Shown: one piece after another, positions 1 through 8,100 of the stretch
How positions within the stretch are numbered: position 1 is the first letter of the stretch
Layout: each line of letters begins with the position of its first letter
Origin: a virus
Lineage: Duplodnaviria; Heunggongvirae; Uroviricota; Caudoviricetes
DNA: 13,560 nucleotides
Reading direction: 5' to 3' (one strand)
IMG/VR virus record: IMGVR_UViG_3300021354_000005
Span: 1 to 13,560 of that record
Notes under the pieces: generated by a model
Databases searched by the model: none
What the model was told of the DNA's origin: nothing
What the model saw: the letters and a program-made list of their open reading frames with translations, nothing else
Made by a program: the position numbers and the translations under genes

Positions 1-2190
1 AACTTCTTGTAATTGAACTTGTAAATCTCTAGCATTATCTGTAGTATCTCTTAAATCACTTTTAAGTTTCTTATCTTCTTCAGATAAATCTCCTTGGAAT
101 AAGAATTTAAGTTCTGTATCTAGATTAGTATAAATAGATATAGTCTTTTGAGCATTATTAAACTCTCTACTCATATCATTTAACTCCTTCTCACTGAATG
201 ACTTAGGATCTTTACCTTTAAATTTATCCTCATACTTCTGTATCATATTCTCTAGCTGTCTGTTTAACACTTTAGCTTGAGTTAATAAAGGACCAAGGTC
301 ACCTCTCATTTGTAACTGTCTGATACTCTTAAATAAAATATTCAATTGATCATTCTTACTAAGTCTTTCTGAAGGAGTTATGCCTTTCTTAGCAAGTCTT
401 TCATATTCACTATTAAGTTTAATTAATAAAGCATCAATCTTTTTATTACCAGTAGTTTCTTCTTTAAGACCTAATGGAATCAAATAGTCTTTATTAATGT
501 TTTCAACATTAACATCTCCTATCTCAACACTTAATAATTTAGGTATTTCCTTAGTAGTAAGATTCATACTTGAGTATTGAGCTCTAATAGGAATCATTCT
601 TGTTTGGTCAAAGTTTTTTGCACTAACTCCATATCCAGCTTCAAGAATAAGCTTATATTGAGTCATTTGTTTTCTCCAAGATTGTATATAGTATGGAGGT
701 AAATCTTTATTCTTAGTAATATCAATATCTATAAACTTCCAGTCAAGTATATTTACTTTTCCTTCAGGAGTGATTGCTAAGAAATCTATAGTACCAGCTA
801 CATTTCTTTTAGCATCGTACACTGTCACCTCAGACATAAACTTAGTTCCCTTAGGAAATGTGTTTAATCTTTGCTCTAAGTTATTCTTAAGTGTATCATA
901 AAAGTCTCTGCTCTCAGGGTTTAATTGAGATGTATAGTTTGAATCATCTAATGGCTCATCTCTTAAATTACCATCTTTATCTACAAATGTACCAAAAGCA
1001 TTTTCAATATCAGCATGTCCTTTTGTACCATTAGCTGCTTTATCCTCATCAACTAATGCTTTATATTCAGACTTATTTAATTCATTAGCTTTAAATAAAT
1101 CATAATTAGAAGCTTTTACAAGCTCAGTAACTCTTTTAGTTTTTTTATCATTTACATAATAACCATCATCTCTTTTATCTATCTTAGTTGCACCATCTAT
1201 AATCTTCTTATATATCTCATCTTGAGATGTTCTCTGTAAATATACATTGTTCTCAGCTTCTCTAATATCTTGAGCTGTACCAATAGCTTCTCCAGACATC
1301 ACCTTAAGAGCTGCTTGGTCCATACCAGATTTAACAAATAGACTTTTGATAGCGTTAATTATCTTCTCCCACCAGCTTTCCACCTTAGCTAAGTTCTCAG
1401 GTATTTCTGTCTTACCCTCAGCTTTTTGAATGATAGTTTCAGCTAGCACCTTAGCAATAGCTTCTTCTTTTAACTTAATAACATCAGGTTTACCTTCCTT
1501 AGTTTGATAGTTCTTATCTCCAGCATATGTCTTAAATACATTATTAAGCATAGCATAGCTATTAATCTCCTTTAACAATTGATTGTATAAAGCTGGATTG
1601 GTTTGTTTAATAATGGCCACAGCAAAGTGCATAGCTTCCTCAGGAAGTACACTAGCCTCTTTACCCTCAACAACCTGTACTAATTTCTGCATGATTACAG
1701 CAGCACCATTAGCATCTTGCTTAACACCATTAACAACAATAGCTTGTAATGTTTTAATATCAACATCAATTCTTTTTAAGAAATCTTTGATTGCTGATAT
1801 TGTTTGAGGAGAAGCAGTAGATGAAGGAACTTCTTCTTTTTGAAAAAACTCACCTCTTTGGTCTTCTGTATATCCACCTCTTTCTTTATCAGCTTCTACT
1901 AATAGATTAGCTTCATCTCTTAACTTATTCTCATAATGAGTAAGATATTGTTGTGTTAGATCTTCTGAAGGATCAATATAATAATGAGTTTTACTAACTA
2001 CACTAGGAGTGATAACATCTTCATTAAAGCTTTTGTTAACCTTTCTAGCAGATTCAGCAGCTTCTCTAGCATCAGTGATTTCAAGAGTGTCTCTTTGATC
2101 AAGAGCCTCTTTAAATCCACCATAGCTTAAAGCATCTTTTTTAGCTTTATCAATAATGTCATACTTAATATCTACTAAACATTTACTCAT
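1..2190 (-). CDS. Large virion/ejected protein (3'-partial, 730 aa visible) with degenerate zincin-like domain and PD-(D/E)xK nuclease domain; crAss-like RNAP-associated protein
   Basis: Hand translation from ATG at 2190-2188 gives MSKCLVDIKYDIIDKAKKDALSYGGFKEALDQ...DNARDLQVQLQEV with no stop in 730 codons up to position 1. Codon usage matches the upstream giant gene. Motifs: LPEEAMHFAV (EEAMH at 1627-1641), KEEAIAKVLA, WWEKIINAIKSLF, GTKGH, SEV..AGTIDF..ILDWK, QMTQY. Absent from the ORF track, presumably because it has no stop inside the window. Confidence 0.92.
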   Translation of the reverse strand, partial: MSKCLVDIKYDIIDKAKKDALSYGGFKEALDQRDTLEITDAREAAESARKVNKSFNEDVITPSVVSKTHYYIDPSEDLTQQYLTHYENKLRDEANLLVEADKERGGYTEDQRGEFFQKEEVPSSTASPQTISAIKDFLKRIDVDIKTLQAIVVNGVKQDANGAAVIMQKLVQVVEGKEASVLPEEAMHFAVAIIKQTNPALYNQLLKEINSYAMLNNVFKTYAGDKNYQTKEGKPDVIKLKEEAIAKVLAETIIQKAEGKTEIPENLAKVESWWEKIINAIKSLFVKSGMDQAALKVMSGEAIGTAQDIREAENNVYLQRTSQDEIYKKIIDGATKIDKRDDGYYVNDKKTKRVTELVKASNYDLFKANELNKSEYKALVDEDKAANGTKGHADIENAFGTFVDKDGNLRDEPLDDSNYTSQLNPESRDFYDTLKNNLEQRLNTFPKGTKFMSEVTVYDAKRNVAGTIDFLAITPEGKVNILDWKFIDIDITKNKDLPPYYIQSWRKQMTQYKLILEAGYGVSAKNFDQTRMIPIRAQYSSMNLTTKEIPKLLSVEIGDVNVENINKDYLIPLGLKEETTGNKKIDALLIKLNSEYERLAKKGITPSERLSKNDQLNILFKSIRQLQMRGDLGPLLTQAKVLNRQLENMIQKYEDKFKGKDPKSFSEKELNDMSREFNNAQKTISIYTNLDTELKFLFQGDLSEEDKKLKSDLRDTTDNARDLQVQLQEV
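600..1170 (-). other. PD-(D/E)xK (RecB/AddB-like) nuclease domain within gene 2
   Basis: Ordered motifs: KRVTEL, GTKGH (His 1015-1017), Glu of MSEV (829-831), AGTIDF (Asp 784-786), ILDWK (Asp 742-744, Lys 736-738), QMTQY (655-669). Order and spacing match RecB-family PD-(D/E)xK nucleases. Boundaries approximate. Confidence 0.85.
1300..1790 (-). other. Zincin-like metallopeptidase fold, degenerate motif EEAMH, in gene 2
   Basis: Beta-strand-like segment (DANGAAVIMQKLVQVVEG), helix LPEEAMHFAVAII, third-ligand-type helix KEEAIAKVLAE (1453-1467) about 55 aa later, then amphipathic WWEKIINAIKSLF. This is the layout of phage HExxH...ExxA zincin domains with the first His replaced by Glu. Confidence 0.65.
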
Positions 2191-2192
2191 TA
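2188..2192 (-). promoter_or_regulatory. TAATG stop/start overlap (translational coupling) between gene 1 and gene 2
   Basis: The minus strand reads ...TGT GCA TAA TG AGT AAA TGT. Gene 1 TAA (2192-2190) shares one base with gene 2 ATG (2190-2188). No properly spaced Shine-Dalgarno; A at -3, consistent with Bacteroidota-style initiation. Confidence 0.85.
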
Positions 2193-5100
2193 TGCACAGT
2201 TATTTTGGTTATCATCCTCAATTGCTGGTAATCCTTCAGGAGCTATTTCCTTTCCTCTAGTTTGTGAAGGTAAGTTTTCTTCTTCAGTTTTTGGTCTAAA
2301 ATACTCAATAATATTTTCATCAGGGATTTCTTTTTCAACTTCGATAGTACCATTATTGAATACAGACTTTCTAGCATCTGTGTACATCTCTGTAGCATAC
2401 TGGCCATCTCCCCAAAGGTTGATAGCTTTATAAATCACCTTAGTACCAATTTCTAAAGGAACTTTTTGAAAGCCCATTACATCATTCAAAGTTTTATCTC
2501 CAGCAGCTTTTCTTTGGTTATATTCAGCACGTGATATTACTTTATTATCAACAATATCAATTCTTTCCTTTTCATTATAAATCACTCTAGGAACTAATAT
2601 ATAATCAGAACTTACATCAAAGAAGTTGTTAAATCTATCAAGTACTAATACATTTCTAGCTCCTACATTAGATAATCCTTCCATTACTGGAAACTCATCA
2701 AATTGAATAGCAGTAGTATATTCTCCTCCTACATTAAAGAAATTTGGTATTAGTGTACTCACTTTCTTAAATACATTCTCATCATTCCAGTTGTTTCTTT
2801 CAAATGCTCCTTTACTAAAGTTATCTGCATTTAAATCAGAGCTAACTGAATCAATTGCTGGTTTAACCTTATTAGCATAATCTTCAATAGGAATAATATT
2901 TTTAATAGAGATAGCTGATTGATAGGTTCCTTGAAGGATAGCTACATCAATAATTCTATTGTATAAACCATTTGTAGCTGGATTATCTCTAAGCTCTCTC
3001 ATCATACCAGTGTACAAGTTCTCATCAAAAGCATCTTTAAGATTAGCTTTTAATTTAATACTAGTAGCACCTCCTATTCTATCAGATGATACAGCTACTA
3101 AGTTATTAAGAATCTCCATTTCAGGATGAGCTTTTCTTGCCTTAGCTAATTCGCTAGCAACAGAAGTCTCAGGGTTAATTAATAACTCATTGATTCTATC
3201 ATTCAATCCTGTTTTAGTTTGAGTGATGTAATCAACAAAAGATGACTTAATCTTTACAGCTATTTTATCAAAATCATCAGCACCTAAATATTCATCTTGT
3301 ATATACTTATCTAACACCTTATTAGTGATAACTGAGTAGTCTAATTGATCAAGTTTTAATATAGATCCTAAAGAGTTTATAGACGCTTGAGTTAACTCAG
3401 CTTGCTTACCTATGTGTGAATTCTTTAATATGTCTTTTGCAGATGTAAATATATTTGAATCTTCAGCCACATCAGTCCTCAACATCTTCTTATTCATAGC
3501 TTCAGTACTCTTGAACCTAGTGGTATCATAGTTAGTAGCTTGTGTAAGTTTAACTAAGTATTGAGCCATCTTATTATATTTCAAGAACTCAGCCAATATC
3601 TTTTGTTGTTCTACATTATCAATTGTCTTTTTCTCTGAATAGTAGGTTTGAATATTAGTAGCAAGATTCTTAAGCTCTATTTTTGCAGCTCCTACCTTCT
3701 TAACATCAGCAGGGAACATACCACGAATATAGTCTAAATTCTTTTTGCTGTATATAGATTTAGAATCAATACTATCTAGATATTTTAAGTATTCTTTAAT
3801 AATAGGTTGATTCATAAATAAAGCACTAGTCTTTAAAGGAGTTCCTATTCTTGTTAAGAACATGAATGTGTTTACAGCAAGATTACTATTAATTATCTTA
3901 AGGATGTATGGATTCTTAGCTACATCCACAAATGATGTAATGAATCCAGATAGGTTATCAGAAATGTATTTATTAGCCTTATCTTTAATTCCAGATAAAG
4001 AGATTCTTTCCTTACCATCAACTGTCATCTTATTATGAGGAAGAGCTATTTGACCATTACCTAATATCTTCTTCTCATATGCAGATAATGAAGCAAGCTT
4101 AACAGGATCAAGATAGGTTTGAACTTTTTGAGCTAATGAATGGTTTGTAATATTTACAGCACCAATACCAACCCACTTCTTAGCAATTATAAACGCATGT
4201 CTCAATGCTGTTAAATAATTACCATCAAGCAATCTGTTCTTCACCTTAGTCTCATCTATACCCATAAGCTTATCTAATTGCTTAGATACATCTTCTAATC
4301 CACCATCAGATACAGGATTAACTAATCTATCATAGTTCTCAGGAAGAGTTAATAACTTCTCAACACTATCAAAGTATTCATTCTCAAGGGATTGCTTATA
4401 TAATCTATCTGCTAATTTACCATAATCATCTTCTGTAGCAGCTACTGTTCTTTCATTAATATCAAATATACTTTCAAGGTCTTCTTTTAATATGAACTTC
4501 TTAATAGCTTCTTTAGCTTTATCACCATATCCAAAGAAAGGAACTTGCTTTAACTGACCTTTAGAATTGATGTATGTATTCTTTAAATACATATTTAACT
4601 TATCTATATCAAAATCAGATCCAGCTATTTTGGTAATTTCAGAAGGTACCACCACTGTAGCTCCCATGAACTGTGGTAAGAATCCTTTGATTTTAAATAC
4701 CATTATAGAACTTAAAGCCTGTGTAGGAATACGGAAACCTATACCCTTAAGAATTGATTCATTCTCAGGCTTGTTTAAATATGCTAATAATTCTTCATCT
4801 GATTTAAATCCAGCTTTCTTAAACTGATCTTTAAATTGATGAGGAACTAATATTTCCATATATGGATTCTCTTTACTATAAGACTTAAGACTACCATCTG
4901 TAAATACCTTCTTACCATTAATTATAGTAACTCCTCTTTTTTCTCCAGACTTTTCCCATAATGTCACAGCAGTTTGCACTGCAGATAAACCATTCATTTT
5001 AGGAGAGATGAGAGCTTTGTTTACCATAGAGTAAAGAATACTTCTAACTTGTTCATATTCAGGAGTAGCTTCAAATGGAACCACCCATTGACCATTCTCA

Positions 5101-8100
5101 TCAAGACGTAATGTATCTTTAATATTATCAGATGAATCTCTCTTTAACATTTCTTGTTCAAGAGCTTCAGCTGTAGCTTTTCTATCTACAATATTATATC
5201 CATCTCCAAGATCTTCAATACCTAATCTATCTAATAACTGTGTATAAGCTTCTACATGTAATCCATCTAATGCATCATTATGACGTTTATATTCTATACC
5301 AGCTTTTTCACTTACAGGAGCACCATTTTCAAATATATCTATAGTAGCTATCTTAGTAGTTTGAGAACCACGTGTTTGTGCTTTAGGCTTTTCATAACTA
5401 TTCTCCACTTGAAGACCATAGGTTTTCCAAGCTACAGAAACATTATTATTAAATGGTTCTGTATTAAAACTACCATCTGTATTATATAAACTATACTTTC
5501 CTTCAGATCCTTCCTTTCTACCAGATTCAAATACAACATAACCTTTCTCTTCCTCAAACATCTTAATATATAAATTTGCTAAGTTAGTTCCTTCAATAGC
5601 TTTATAATATAAAGGCATTTGAGAGAACTTATCTAACACCATATCAAATTGGTTTTTACCATATTTGTTACCAGATACAATAGGTTTTAATACATCTACA
5701 ACATATTCAGGCTCAGGAGTTTTAAGAAGTTCTTCATCATGAGCTCTTAATTTCTCATTCTTTCCATAAGTCCATTCAACATCAGATCTTTTATCAAGAG
5801 CTTGTCTTGTGTAAGCCATTTGCCATTGATGCCATGATTCAGCAGTCTTATCATCCCATTGACCATTTCTAAGTTTAGCATCTCTCCATGTAGTATCTAT
5901 AATCATAGAAGCCGCATCAGCTTCATTTATATCACCATTAACTGTTATATCTTCAAGAGTAACAGTATCTATGAAAGATTTAAATAAATGATAGCCAGGC
6001 TCACCAGGTTTTAAATCAATATCACCAGCTTTATTATACTGCTGATTGTGGAATGTATTAAATTCAGGACTATCAAATGTTGTTCTTCTAGGAGATAAGA
6101 AAGACTTAATACGTTTAGTCTCATCTAGTTGACCCTTATCAATCTTAAATTGATATGGATCACCAAATAAAATTTTATGCAATTCTATATTATTAATAAT
6201 ATAGTTTGCTCTAGCAAATACCATAAGGTTATTCACTTGATCTTCTGATAATGAATTCTTATTTAAACCTTTAATTGCAGTTAAGCTATCATACTTAAAT
6301 GTACCATTAGGATTGTTAATAATCTTTTTATTATCCATCAATACCTTCTTAGTAGCTTCTGCGTTATCTTGTATAAAGGTTTTAACATCTTCATTGATAT
6401 TAGCAATATTATCATTGATATATGTATTAATATCTTCTTCTGTAGCCTTATTGATAATCAAGTTGTTAACATCAGATAAGGTCTTACCAGTAAGAATATC
6501 TTTAAAGAAACGTAATTCTGTAGCTCTAGGTTTTGTATTATCTAAATAGCTTCTATTGCTTTGTGCTAAAGCTATCTCATCTTTTAAATATCCTTTGAAT
6601 GTACTATAAATAGTATTCCAAGCAATTCCACCATCTACTTCATCATAAGAAATAAGATTACCTAAGTTAATCATAAACTCTCTAGAACTATCTGCAGGAA
6701 TGATTATATTGTAATTACCATTAATGTTTTGATTAATTTCTTGAGTAAATCTATTACCAAGAGTTAATCCTGTGGTACTTGTATTTATATTGTCTTTTTC
6801 ATTCTTTGTACCATCAATATATGAAATCTTCATTGACTTAATTCTCTTACCAGCAGCATTGAAGAATCTACTCCAAATAGTGCTATTTGTAGAGAATACA
6901 TCATTAAGCTCAGGTCTAGCTGATTTCAATTCCTCTATGTTATCAGATTCATTAAACTCATTCTCAAATAAAGAAGGTGCATTGTTATTATCAAATGCTT
7001 GTGTATTTTCACCTTCTACATTAGGGAATGTACTATCCTGTGAAGGATTTTCTACTTTAACATATAATTTAGAAAGAGTATTTAATGGACCATCAATAGC
7101 TAAAGTCTTAGAAGTAACGCTACCCAATTCTGTTGTTTTTCCAAAGAATGTATGAATAGCTCCAACAGCATCTGCAAACTCAGTTCTATCTTTATCAGTT
7201 AATTTCAAATATGAATCTAATCCAAATGTAACACCAAGCTTACCTAAGAAGTTAGACATTTGTATTGGTGTGCTGATAGGCACATCAGCAGCACTTACAG
7301 TTTTATAAGCTCCTTTAGAATATCTAACAAGAGAGCTCATATCAGTAGCTAAAGCTTTTAGATTGCTAATCCAATCATTCTTAGTTTGTTTAATTACACC
7401 AAACTGATTAGCTGGAGCTGTATAAACTTCTCCTTCATTATTTATATATTGAATTAATGCATCAGGTCTTTGCTTTGTAAAGGTTTGATAGAACTGTACA
7501 AACAATCTCCAATCATGTGGTTCAAACTTAGAAAAGTCAATAAACATTCCTTCTCTATCTCCTTTAAGACGAGTGAACAATCTTACATAATCAGAATCAG
7601 TTTTAGCTAAGTTAGTTAACTTATCTACCATCTTAGTTACACTAGTGGTATTTGCAAGCTTATCTATTACTGTAGCAAATGCTCTACTAGCATTTAAAAG
7701 TTTTAAGAAGTACTTATCAGTAGTAGCCACCTGAGGTAGAGATAGTGTAGAACTATTCTGTTGGTTAGTAGGAACAGTTTCTACTAATGTACCAACTACT
7801 ATTTTTACAGCAAATGGAGAGTTCTTCTTCCAATCTGTAGTAAATGCTTCAGCAGCGTACATTCTATTGTTTACATTCTCTGCATTGATATTCAATAAGT
7901 TATCCTCATCAAATTCAATTTTAAATGTACGTAAGAAATCTTTTGTTTTAACTACAAGATCAGACCAAGTCTTTTCTCCAACTACTTTATCTTCTTCTGC
8001 ATACTCAGCTTTAATAGCATTGAATATTTCTGGAGAGGTCAAATTAGCAATATCATATAATGATCTATTTGTACCAAACACCTTTGCAAAAAATCTAGCA

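Noticed and set aside
600-1170. Cas4 / CRISPR association of the nuclease
   Set aside because: The four Fe-S cysteines of Cas4 are absent, and no repeat-spacer array or other cas gene is present in the window.
2170-2205. Intein or split-intein junction suggested by ...NN-C and C-LV
   Set aside because: There is no penultimate His and no Hint blocks A, B, F or G. The order is wrong for a split intein, and the C-extein would be two residues.
2150-2230. Terminator, promoter or Shine-Dalgarno site between the genes
   Set aside because: The genes overlap, so there is no intergenic space. No GC-rich hairpin with a U-tract is present, and the nearest GAGGA is about 25 nt upstream of the ATG, too far for an SD.
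4602-4733. Cellular rpoC/rpoB or eukaryotic RNA-dependent RNA polymerase gene
   Set aside because: The motif is DFDID rather than NADFDGD or DLDGD. There are no zinc-binding cysteines or introns, and the fusion partners and gene context are phage-like.
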